A stretch of 44,912 nt of DNA from an uncultured Candidatus Saccharibacteria bacterium (GTDB lineage: Bacteria; Patescibacteriota; Minisyncoccia; Portnoybacterales; UBA2143), in the NCBI GenBank assembly GCA_964494655.1, contig CAZBRM010000002.1, positions 1 through 44,912 on the forward strand, written 5' to 3'. The translations under genes were made by a program, and so were the position numbers. The notes beneath the pieces are model-generated. The model was not told the DNA's origin, ran no database searches, and saw only the letters and a program-made list of their open reading frames with translations. This document shows, in pieces, positions 1 through 8,203 of the stretch (its first letter is position 1; every line of letters starts with the position of its first letter).

Positions 1-130
1 TTTTCTCCCATTCTTTCGAAGATTTTTTTTCTCTTTCTTTTTCAGGTTGAAAAAGTTCTGGCACCTTTAATCTTTCTTCAAAATCAGATTCTGGTTTATA
101 AAGTTTCTTTTTTAATTCTTTTAATTCCAT
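1..130 (-). CDS. hypothetical protein, N-terminal fragment (gene runs off the left edge)
   Basis: ATG at 130..128 on the minus strand opens a frame that stays open to base 1: MELKELKKKLYKPESDFEERLKVPELFQPEKEREKKSSKEWEK. It is absent from the ORF track because the window truncates it. No family recognised. Confidence 0.4.
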   Translation of the reverse strand, partial: MELKELKKKLYKPESDFEERLKVPELFQPEKEREKKSSKEWEK

Positions 131-135
131 TAGTC

Positions 136-675
136 TTATATTAACAAATCAAACTCTTTTTGTAAAAAATGTTTTGAATTTATTTTTTCGTTTAAAATAG
201 ATTGGATAAAATTAAGATTATTATTTTGCTTATTTCCATACCCAAGAAATTCTAACAGTCTATTTTCGAAATTATTAATAATAATTTTAATATCGTTATT
301 TTTTTGATTAATTTCCTGAAAAGAACATAAAACAAGTTGCCAAATTTGATTATCTTTTTCTGGCTCAGGAATTAATTTGTCAATTAGTTCAGATAAATAA
401 AAAGAAACAAATAGAGAAAGCAGATTATTGTGAAGACGAGAAAAACTGTTTATAGTTTCTGCTCCAGTAATAATATCAAATCCTCTAGCCGGAGCAACCA
501 TTAAACAACTATTTAGAAAGAGTTCTAAGTGACCCTTAAGCTTTGCTTGATTCTTACGAACTGACTTGCCCTTAAGTAAAATTTTACCAAATTCTTTAGT
601 ATAAACAGTTATCAACTGGTCAAATTCTCCTAAATTTGATTTTTTAATAATAATTCCCTTAGTTTTATATAACAT
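136..675 (-). CDS. recO: DNA repair protein RecO (short form)
   Basis: 179 aa. The N-terminal OB-fold pattern MLYKTKGIIIKKSNLGEFDQLITVYTKEFGKILLKGKSVRK...KLKGHLE is typical of RecO. ATG start. Confidence 0.8.
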   Translation of the reverse strand: MLYKTKGIIIKKSNLGEFDQLITVYTKEFGKILLKGKSVRKNQAKLKGHLELFLNSCLMVAPARGFDIITGAETINSFSRLHNNLLSLFVSFYLSELIDKLIPEPEKDNQIWQLVLCSFQEINQKNNDIKIIINNFENRLLEFLGYGNKQNNNLNFIQSILNEKINSKHFLQKEFDLLI

Positions 676-700
676 GTCATTCTAAATTATGTTCCTCTTT

Positions 701-767
701 GTCATTCTGAGGCAAAGCCGAAGAATCTTTGTCTAAATAGATCCTTCGCTTGTTAGCTCAGGATGAC
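701..767. repeat. imperfect palindromic intergenic element (GTCATTCTGAG ... CTCAGGATGAC)
   Basis: Arms at 701..711 (gtcattctgag) and 757..767 (ctcaggatgac) are complementary at 10 of 11 positions and flank a 45-nt GC-richer core (gcaaagccgaagaatc...). A partial third arm, gtcattcta, lies at 676..684. Confidence 0.6.
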
Positions 768-3634
768 TACTTTTTAATTCCAAGCCAAATTTTTTTATTA
801 TCTAAATCAATTTGTTTTTCAATTAAATATTTTTGCTTTGTTTTTGGTTTAAGTTCTAATTTCTTAGCACTTATATCTTCCTTAATCTCTTTTTCTTGTT
901 TTTTTATAATCCTCTCTAAATCAGAATCAACTGAGTAATATAGATTAATTAATTGACCAGGATTTAAACCTGCATCTTTACGCATACCTTGAACAAGACG
1001 AACTAAATCTCTTACTAATCCTTCTTTTTTTAATTCTACAGTAATCTTAATATCTAGTTTGATATTTTTTCCAAAAACAACTTCTTTTACATTTACTTCT
1101 TCTTTTATTAATTCAGTTAGTTCTTTATTTTGAACAATTAACTTATTATTAATTGTTAATTTATTTAACGGTTGCCTCACTTTAATTCCAGCTTTAGCTC
1201 TTTGAGCTAAAGCTTCAGCAGCTATCTGCCTTGTTTGATCCATCTCTTCTTCTAATTGTTTATCAATTAATTTTTCTTTTGGCTTTGGATAATCATCTAG
1301 ATGAACTGATTGAGAGTCTTTATTGCTTTTCATCTTTTGGTAAATTTCTTCAGTAATAAAAGGAACAAAAGGAGCAGCTAATTTAGATAGATTAAATAAA
1401 ATCCAAAATAAAGTTTGGCTAGCTTCTGCTTTTTCTTTTTTATTCTTAGCTTTCTGTAACCTAGATCTAGAACGACGAATATACCAATTAGAAAGCTGAT
1501 CAACAAAATCATCAATTAGTCGAGCTGCTGTAACTACGTCATATTTATCTAAATTAATTATTACTTGCTTATTAAGAGAATTAAAACAGGAAATAATCCA
1601 TTTATCTAATATATTATTTGATTTAATTGCTTTTGGTTTAAAATCTTTTTCTTTATAAGTATCAAAAAAAACAAAAGAATTTAAAAGAGTACCAAAGAAA
1701 CGCCTATTCTTATTAGTCAAATCTTTAATATCAAATCTCTTAGGCTCACCTGCTTGATTAATAGTATAAAAATACCAACGCAATGTATCTGCTCCATATT
1801 GATCACACATTTTCCAAGGGTCAACTACATTTCCCCAAGACTTAGACATTTTCCTGCCTTTTCTATCAAGAACATGACCAAGACAAATACAATTTTTAAA
1901 AGAATTACCTTCTTCTATTTCTCCAACATGTTCCATTAAAGTGGCAACGGATAATAAGGAATTAAACCAGCCTCTAGTTTGATCTATTGCTTCTGAAATA
2001 AAATCAGCTGGATAATGTTCTTTGAATTTTTTCTTACTATCAGTTCCAAAAGGATAATGCCATTGAGAAAAAGGCATTGATCCTGAATCAAACCAACAAT
2101 CAATCACACTTTTATCTCGAATCATTTGACCACCACATTTACATTTTAACTTAATTTTATCAATAAAAGGACGATGCAAGTCTTTTATATCTACACCTAA
2201 TTCTTTAATACTACCAATACATTTTCTTTGACCACACTTTTCACATTCCCAAATAGGCAGAGGAGTCCCCCAATATCTTTCTCTAGATAAAGCCCAATCA
2301 CAAGCTTGTTTAATAAATACACCAAAGCGTCCATTTTTAATATGATTTGGTTCCCAATAAATTTTATTATTATTAGCTACTAATTCCTTCCGAAGCTTAG
2401 ACATCCCAATAAACCAAGATTCTTTGGCATAATATAGTAAAGGAGTATCGCAACGCCAACAAAAAGGGTAGTCATGTTCATATTTTTCTTCTTTAAAAAG
2501 CAATCCACTTTTCTTCAAATAATTTAATATTTTATCTTCTATTTCTTTGTCTTTAACAAATTTACCTAATAAATCATACTTAGCTAAATCTTTCAGAAAA
2601 TACCCTTTTTCATCAACTGTATGGATTTCGGGTAAACCAACTTCTTTGCCTAATTTATAATCTTCTTCTCCATACATCACTGCTGTATGAACAACTCCAG
2701 TCCCATCCTCAGTACTAACAAAATTAGCTGGAACTATATAGTGAGCCTTTTTACCACTCTTTTTAACTGACTCAATTTCAAATAAAGGCTGATATTCTAC
2801 ATTAACTAAATCACTACCTAAAAATTCATCAACAACCTTATAATCACCATCAATAATTCTTAATCTATTTTTAGCTAAAATATATCTCTTGCCTTGATAA
2901 GCTATTTTAACGTAATTAATTTTTTTTCCTACAGCTAAAGCTACATTGCCTGGTAAGGTCCAAGGCGTTGTAGTCCAAGCTAAAACAATATCATTTTTTT
3001 TAATTTTTTCATTACCCTTGGTAACTTTAAAATTCAAATATACAGAATTATCCCAAACCTTTTTATATCCCTGAGAAACTTCATGACTAGAAAGAACTGT
3101 TTCGCACCTAGGACACTGAGGAACAATTTTAAATCCTTTGAATAATAATCCTTTATCCCAAACTTTTTTAAGAATATACCAAATACTTTCAATATATTCA
3201 TTTTCATAAGTGATATATGGATCTTTCATATCTATCCAAAAACCAATTCTCTTAGTTAGTTCTTCCCATTCATCTTTATATTTCCAAACACTCTTTTTAC
3301 ATTTTTCATTAAATTTAGCAATACCATATTTTTCAATATCATCTTTATTTTTAAAACCAAGCTCTTTTTCCACTTCTAGTTCTACTGGCAAGCCATGAGT
3401 ATCCCAACCTGCTTTTCTATCAACAAAAAATCCCTGCATTGTTTTGTAGCGTGGAATAATATCTTTAAAGACTCTGGCTTCAACATGATGTATCCCTGGA
3501 CGACCATTGGCAGTTGGTGGTCCTTCAAAAAAAACAAATTTCTTTTTGCCTTTATTTTTATTCAATCCTTTTTCAACAATTTTGTTTTTATCCCAGAATT
3601 TTAATATTTTCTCTTCGTTTTTAGCTAAATCCAT
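767..3634 (-). CDS. ileS: isoleucine--tRNA ligase
   Basis: 955 aa. Class I signature region PPTANGRPGIHHVEARVFKD, KMSKS motif (GRKMSKSWGN) and Zn-type CPRC/CWRC motifs. Full-length collinearity with IleRS. Confidence 0.97.
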   Translation of the reverse strand: MDLAKNEEKILKFWDKNKIVEKGLNKNKGKKKFVFFEGPPTANGRPGIHHVEARVFKDIIPRYKTMQGFFVDRKAGWDTHGLPVELEVEKELGFKNKDDIEKYGIAKFNEKCKKSVWKYKDEWEELTKRIGFWIDMKDPYITYENEYIESIWYILKKVWDKGLLFKGFKIVPQCPRCETVLSSHEVSQGYKKVWDNSVYLNFKVTKGNEKIKKNDIVLAWTTTPWTLPGNVALAVGKKINYVKIAYQGKRYILAKNRLRIIDGDYKVVDEFLGSDLVNVEYQPLFEIESVKKSGKKAHYIVPANFVSTEDGTGVVHTAVMYGEEDYKLGKEVGLPEIHTVDEKGYFLKDLAKYDLLGKFVKDKEIEDKILNYLKKSGLLFKEEKYEHDYPFCWRCDTPLLYYAKESWFIGMSKLRKELVANNNKIYWEPNHIKNGRFGVFIKQACDWALSRERYWGTPLPIWECEKCGQRKCIGSIKELGVDIKDLHRPFIDKIKLKCKCGGQMIRDKSVIDCWFDSGSMPFSQWHYPFGTDSKKKFKEHYPADFISEAIDQTRGWFNSLLSVATLMEHVGEIEEGNSFKNCICLGHVLDRKGRKMSKSWGNVVDPWKMCDQYGADTLRWYFYTINQAGEPKRFDIKDLTNKNRRFFGTLLNSFVFFDTYKEKDFKPKAIKSNNILDKWIISCFNSLNKQVIINLDKYDVVTAARLIDDFVDQLSNWYIRRSRSRLQKAKNKKEKAEASQTLFWILFNLSKLAAPFVPFITEEIYQKMKSNKDSQSVHLDDYPKPKEKLIDKQLEEEMDQTRQIAAEALAQRAKAGIKVRQPLNKLTINNKLIVQNKELTELIKEEVNVKEVVFGKNIKLDIKITVELKKEGLVRDLVRLVQGMRKDAGLNPGQLINLYYSVDSDLERIIKKQEKEIKEDISAKKLELKPKTKQKYLIEKQIDLDNKKIWLGIKK

Positions 3635-3647
3635 ATCTTTTTATATT

Positions 3648-5165
3648 TTACATTTTCTCTGGAGCTGAAATACCCATTATCTCCAGAGTGCTCTTAAGAA
3701 CTATTTTTGTCGCTTTGATTAAATTAATTCTTGCTTGCGCTGTTTTTTTATCTTCATCTAAAACCCTGCAATTTTCATAAAACTTATGAAAAGCATTTGC
3801 TAATTCTATTGAATAATAAGGAAGTCGCTGAACCTGATAATCTCTGGCAATATCTTCAATAATCTCTGGGAATCTAATTAATTGTTTTATAAGATTTATT
3901 TCTTCTTCTTTATTCAAATTTTCAAATAATAATTTTGATTCTTTATTCTCTGTTTTTGCAAGAATACTATGAATCCTTGCATAAGCATACTGAACATAAT
4001 AAACTGGATTTTTGTTTGATTGCTCTTTAGCTAGTTCTAAATCAAAATTCAAATGCGTATCAGCTGACTTCTGTAAAAAGAAAAAGCGAACTGCATCTTT
4101 TCCAACCCTATCTAATAATTCATCCATAAGGACGTAAACACCAGCTCTTTTAGACATTTTCTGCTTTTCGCCTTTATCTAAAATCGTCACAAACTGTAAA
4201 AGAATAATTTGCAACTTATCTTTATAGCCCAACGCCTCAACTCCAGCCATTAAACCAGAAACATCTCCATGATGATCAGCTCCCCAAACATTAATTACCT
4301 TATCAAACTTCTTATTTTCAAATTTATCATTGTGCAAAGCAATATCACCTGCTAAATATGTTTTATTGCCATCTTTTTTAATAACAACCCTATCTCTTTC
4401 ATCTCCAAATTGTTTTGACTTAAACCATTTGGCTTCATCTTGTTTATAAATTAAACCTTTTTCTTGTAAAAAATTCAATATCTTATCAACTTTGCCTGAT
4501 TTATGTAAATCCGACTCAAAAGTCCATTCATCGTATTCAATGCCCATTTTATTAGTTGTTTCTTGAATTAAATCTTTAATAATATTTTTAGCAGCCCATT
4601 GGCCTACCTTAAAAGCGTCTTTTTCTTTATTATTTTTAGCCAATTCATCAATATATTTTCCTTTATACTTTGCCTTATTATCCTTTAAAACGGAATGGCC
4701 TAAAGCAATAATTTGCTGGCCAAAATCATTAATATAATACGCTTTTTCTGTTTTAAACCCGGCTTTTCTTAGAACATTAGCCAAAACATCGCCAAAAGGT
4801 CCACCCCTAGCATTACCGACTGTTAAGGGACCTGTTGGATTAGCAGAAATAAATTCTACCTGTATTTTTTTGCCTTCGCCAATATCTAATTTTCCATAAT
4901 TATCGCCTTTTTCTAATATTTTATCCATCTCTTCTTGAAGCGCTTTTTTGGATAAATAAAAATTAATAAAACCAGGTCCAGCTTTTTCAATTTTTTCAAA
5001 TAAAGCATTATTTTTTAATTTTGAAATTATTTTATCAGGATTAATTTTTGCCTTAAGAGCAATATTAGTAGAAAAATCGCCATGTTCAGCTATAGCCGGA
5101 CGCTCCAACTTAGCTTCCTGTTTAGTAATATCTTTAATTAATTTTTCCATCTTTTCTCTAATCAT
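3648..5165 (-). CDS. argS: arginine--tRNA ligase
   Basis: SANPTGPLTVGNARGG (HIGH-region equivalent), MSKRAG and a C-terminal anticodon-binding DALR-like end. The ORF-track start at 5183 is a TTG; the first ATG is at 5165 (MIREKMEKL...). Confidence 0.93.
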   Translation of the reverse strand: MIREKMEKLIKDITKQEAKLERPAIAEHGDFSTNIALKAKINPDKIISKLKNNALFEKIEKAGPGFINFYLSKKALQEEMDKILEKGDNYGKLDIGEGKKIQVEFISANPTGPLTVGNARGGPFGDVLANVLRKAGFKTEKAYYINDFGQQIIALGHSVLKDNKAKYKGKYIDELAKNNKEKDAFKVGQWAAKNIIKDLIQETTNKMGIEYDEWTFESDLHKSGKVDKILNFLQEKGLIYKQDEAKWFKSKQFGDERDRVVIKKDGNKTYLAGDIALHNDKFENKKFDKVINVWGADHHGDVSGLMAGVEALGYKDKLQIILLQFVTILDKGEKQKMSKRAGVYVLMDELLDRVGKDAVRFFFLQKSADTHLNFDLELAKEQSNKNPVYYVQYAYARIHSILAKTENKESKLLFENLNKEEEINLIKQLIRFPEIIEDIARDYQVQRLPYYSIELANAFHKFYENCRVLDEDKKTAQARINLIKATKIVLKSTLEIMGISAPEKM

Positions 5166-5229
5166 GTATCCATCATAGCTCAAAATCTTGATTTACTCAA
5201 TACTAATGCTATGCTAAAATTATCTTAAT

Positions 5230-5679
5230 ATGCCTACTCTCACTACTAACCCGCGAGCTAAATTTGATTATCATATCCTGGAAAAATTTGAAGCAGGCAT
5301 TGTTTTATTTGGCCACGAAGCAAAGGCAATCAAAAATAATAGAATGAGTTTAAAGGGCTCTTATGTTACAATAAAAAATGAGGAGGCCTGGCTGATTAAT
5401 ACCCAGATATCTCCTTATCAGCCAAAAAACACGCCTAAAGAATATGATCCAACCCGCTCCAGAAAATTGCTTTTACATAAAAAAGAAATTGACAGTTTAA
5501 TTGGTAAAACAAAACAGAAGGGCTTGACTTTAATGCCTCTGCGGGTTTACACTAAACAAAACAGAATAAAATTAGAATTTGCATTGGCTAAAGGAAAAAG
5601 AAAAACAGATAAACGAGAGAAAATTAAAAAAAGAGAAGTTAATAGAAAAATAGGAAGAGCATTACGAGATAAAGCATAA
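5230..5679 (+). CDS. smpB: SsrA-binding protein SmpB
   Basis: 149 aa with ...NPRAKFDYHILEKFEAGIVLFGHEAKAIK...LLLHKKEI... and a basic C-terminal tail. Sits directly upstream of the tmRNA gene. Confidence 0.95.
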   Translation: MPTLTTNPRAKFDYHILEKFEAGIVLFGHEAKAIKNNRMSLKGSYVTIKNEEAWLINTQISPYQPKNTPKEYDPTRSRKLLLHKKEIDSLIGKTKQKGLTLMPLRVYTKQNRIKLEFALAKGKRKTDKREKIKKREVNRKIGRALRDKA

Positions 5680-5690
5680 TTTAAACAAAT

Positions 5691-6074
5691 GGGGATGACA
5701 GGCATCGATAAAAGCATAGTTTTTTAATAAGCAAGCCGAGTTCAAAATCTCGTTAAACTTTTGAAAAAAATCTAAGTGCAAACTTGATTTCTAAAGCCAA
5801 AAGCGCAGTAGCTTCGCTATCTGTTGCTCCGGCTTTTGCTACTGCATAAAGTCAGTAGCCATTCGGACTTTCAACTCCTGATAGAAAGCTCTGGGTGTCA
5901 ATTTTTCAGGATAGATAATTAAAATCGCCTTGATTTAGTTATTGAAAATTTAGAGGCAATAACTAAAAATTTTTTGCTTGGTTTTAAGTTTTTAGTTATT
6001 ATGTTAAATCAAGCTAAACTTGTAGAATTATTAAAAAATATCTTTTAGACGGGGGTTCGATCCCCCCTTCTCCA
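5691..6074 (+). ncRNA. ssrA: tmRNA (SsrA)
   Basis: The 5' end GGGGATGACAGGCATCGA pairs with the 3' end CTTCTCC(A), including a G3:U wobble (the alanine identity element). T-arm GGGGGTTCGATCCCCCC at 6051..6067. The resume context AAAAAAATCTAAGT-GCA-AAC resembles the E. coli AAAAATAGTC-GCA-AAC. The tag ORF 5778..5849 encodes ANLISKAKSAVASLSVAPAFATA*. CCA does not appear to be fully encoded. Confidence 0.9.
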
Positions 6075-6126
6075 CATTTGTAAAAACTAAAATAAAACTA
6101 TTTATAAGAAAAGATACAATAAAAAA

Positions 6127-6636
6127 ATTTGGCAACCGCGAACTAGAATTAATTATTGGATTAAGATTAGCCCAATTCGGCTAATTGACGATAACAATAA
6201 AAATGTCGGTATCATTGAAACACCAAAAGCGCTTAAAATGGCCCAAGAAAAGGGTCTTGATTTAATTGAAATATCGCCCAACGCTAAACCGCCAGTTTGT
6301 AGAATAATGGATCATGGTAAATATCAATATGAAAAATCAAAAAAAGATAGAAGTCAAAAAACAAATCAAAAAAAGATAGAAATAAAAGGAATTAGAATAA
6401 GCCCAAGAATAGGACAGCATGATTTAGAGTTCAAGGCAAAACAAGCAGAAAAATTTTTAGATAAAGGATATAAAGTTAAAATTGAAATGATATTAAGAGG
6501 CAGAGAAAAATGGCTATTAGAAACGGCTAAAGAAAAAATGAACAAATTTATTGAATTAATATCCGTTGAAATAATTTTTGAACAGGAAATAAAAAAGCAG
6601 CCTAGAGGCTTAATTGTCATTATTGCTAAAGGATAA
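6127..6636 (+). CDS. infC: translation initiation factor IF-3 (non-ATG, probably ATT start)
   Basis: The ORF track starts at ATG 6238 (MAQEKGLDLIEISPNAKPPVCRIMD...), but the frame is open from 6091 and encodes the missing IF3 N-domain (...RINYWIKISPIRLIDDNNKNVGIIETPKALKM...). There is no ATG, GTG or TTG in that stretch. In-frame ATT codons lie at 6100, 6127 and 6148, so the start coordinate is uncertain. Confidence 0.88.
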   Translation: MWQPRTRINYWIKISPIRLIDDNNKNVGIIETPKALKMAQEKGLDLIEISPNAKPPVCRIMDHGKYQYEKSKKDRSQKTNQKKIEIKGIRISPRIGQHDLEFKAKQAEKFLDKGYKVKIEMILRGREKWLLETAKEKMNKFIELISVEIIFEQEIKKQPRGLIVIIAKG

Positions 6637-6639
6637 AAA

Positions 6640-6837
6640 ATGAGAAAACTTAAAACAAATAAAGCATTATTAAAAAGAATTAAAATAACTGGAAAGAAAA
6701 AAATATTAAAAAGAGCTCTACATCAGAGCCATTTTAACGCTAAGGAATCAGGAAACAAAACAAGGCAAAAGAGAAAAACAAGTGAAATATCTTCTGCTGA
6801 CAGAAAAAAAATAAAACAAATACTTCCGAATATTTAA
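6640..6837 (+). CDS. rpmI: 50S ribosomal protein L35
   Basis: 65 aa, very basic, MRKLKTNKALLKRIKITGKKKILKR. Canonical infC-rpmI-rplT order. Confidence 0.9.
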   Translation: MRKLKTNKALLKRIKITGKKKILKRALHQSHFNAKESGNKTRQKRKTSEISSADRKKIKQILPNI

Positions 6838-6847
6838 TTTAAAATTT

Positions 6848-7192
6848 ATGACTAGAGTAAAAAGAGGCGTTATGGCTCATAAACGCCGAAAAAAAATAAT
6901 AAAACAGGCTAAAGGATTCAAATGGGGAAGAAAGTCAAAATATAAATTAGCCAAAGATGCGTTAAAACATGCCTGGACTTACGCTTATAGAGACAGGAAA
7001 AGAAAGAAGCGCGACTTTAGGCGTCTTTGGAATATAAAGATAAACGCGGCATCAAGAGAAGAAGGAATAACCTACAGCCGGTTTATTAATAAATTAAAAA
7101 AAGCTAAAATTGAACTTGACAGAAAAATATTAGCTCATTTAGCAGAGAAAAAGCCTAAAATATTTGAAAAGATTATTGAAAAAATAAAATAA
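6848..7192 (+). CDS. rplT: 50S ribosomal protein L20
   Basis: 114 aa, MTRVKRGVMAHKRRKKIIKQAKGF...AYRDRKRKKRDFRRLWNIKINAA is the classic L20 signature. Confidence 0.96.
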   Translation: MTRVKRGVMAHKRRKKIIKQAKGFKWGRKSKYKLAKDALKHAWTYAYRDRKRKKRDFRRLWNIKINAASREEGITYSRFINKLKKAKIELDRKILAHLAEKKPKIFEKIIEKIK

Positions 7193-8125
7193 TTATATCT
7201 CAGCGATGAGTAAATCTAAGGCCGCAGAACCATCTAAGCGGCCTTTTTTTAATCCTAATTCAATTTTTAATAAATACTTATATATATTTTTTAATTGCTC
7301 TAATCCAAAATTCTTTAATTGTTCTGAACTTTTTTTAATTACAAAAGGATGAAGCCCGCTTAATTTCGCAAGATTATAAAAAGGCGTTTCTTTTTCAATT
7401 AAATCTTTTAATTTAAGCAAAACGCGAATTTGATAAACAAACATAGAAAATAAATAAATTTCATTTTCTCCTTGCTCTAAATGCTCGTGAAGTAAACGAA
7501 AAGCTGTTTTTTTATCTCTTTTAGCTAAAGCATCTAGAGTTTTGAAAATATTAGTATCTATTTTTGACCTAACTAATAAATCGATATCCTGTTCATCAAT
7601 TAATTGCCCTGCCTTATAACTCACCAGTTTATTAAGCTCATTATTTAATTGCCATAAATCACTACCTACATAAGCAACTAATTTTCTCAAGGTTTCATGA
7701 CTAATATTCGCTTTGTTTCTACTGACCTGTTTTTTCAACCAGATTATTAAATCATTATCTGATAAGAGCTTAAATTCTTCAAACATACTTGCCTGGCGTG
7801 TAAGAGAAGGCTTAGTTAATTTTCCTTCTTGATAAATAACAACTATAATATCTTGATTATCTTTAAGTTTATTTTTCTTTATGTATTTTAAAAACTCTTC
7901 TAAAAAATCTTTACTATTTAATATGTTTTCCAAAATAATAAGTTTTTTTTCATCAAACATAGAAATTGATTCAATTCTTTCTCTAACTTTACTAAAATCA
8001 AAATCATTTTCTCTAAAACGCATCAAATTAAACCCAGTTTTATGCTTGGTCTTATATTCCTTAATAACTTCTATTAATTTTTGCCTCAAGCGAAACGTAT
8101 CTTCGCCATAAAGAAGAATAATCAT
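7193..8125 (-). CDS. holA: DNA polymerase III delta subunit
   Basis: 310 aa, MIILLYGEDTFRLRQKL... with length and helical C-terminal pattern typical of HolA. Its stop codon abuts the rplT stop with 0 nt between the convergent genes. Confidence 0.78.
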   Translation of the reverse strand: MIILLYGEDTFRLRQKLIEVIKEYKTKHKTGFNLMRFRENDFDFSKVRERIESISMFDEKKLIILENILNSKDFLEEFLKYIKKNKLKDNQDIIVVIYQEGKLTKPSLTRQASMFEEFKLLSDNDLIIWLKKQVSRNKANISHETLRKLVAYVGSDLWQLNNELNKLVSYKAGQLIDEQDIDLLVRSKIDTNIFKTLDALAKRDKKTAFRLLHEHLEQGENEIYLFSMFVYQIRVLLKLKDLIEKETPFYNLAKLSGLHPFVIKKSSEQLKNFGLEQLKNIYKYLLKIELGLKKGRLDGSAALDLLIAEI

Positions 8126-8156
8126 AATACTCCCATTCTACCAAAAAACTACTAAC

Positions 8157-8193
8157 TTAAAAAGCCACGCCTTAGAAAGATAGACAGGCACGG
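8157..8193. repeat. copy 1 of a short repeated motif (AAAAA-N5-GCCTTAGAAAGATRGACAGGCAYGG); terminator-like hairpin when read on the minus strand
   Basis: The 25-nt core 8169..8193, gccttagaaagatagacaggcacgg, matches 20856..20880 at 23 of 25 positions. On the minus strand GCCGUGCC...GGCGUGGC forms an 8-bp stem with two G:U pairs, followed by UUUUU, immediately downstream of the 8204..9235 gene. Confidence 0.5.
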
Positions 8194-8203
8194 CCTACTC
8201 CTA

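Noticed and set aside
750-938. 62-aa plus-strand ORF (MLAQDDYFLI...)
   Set aside because: It starts at a TTG inside the palindromic element and then runs antisense through the conserved C-terminus of ileS. The sequence is low-complexity and hydrophobic, so it is a shadow ORF.
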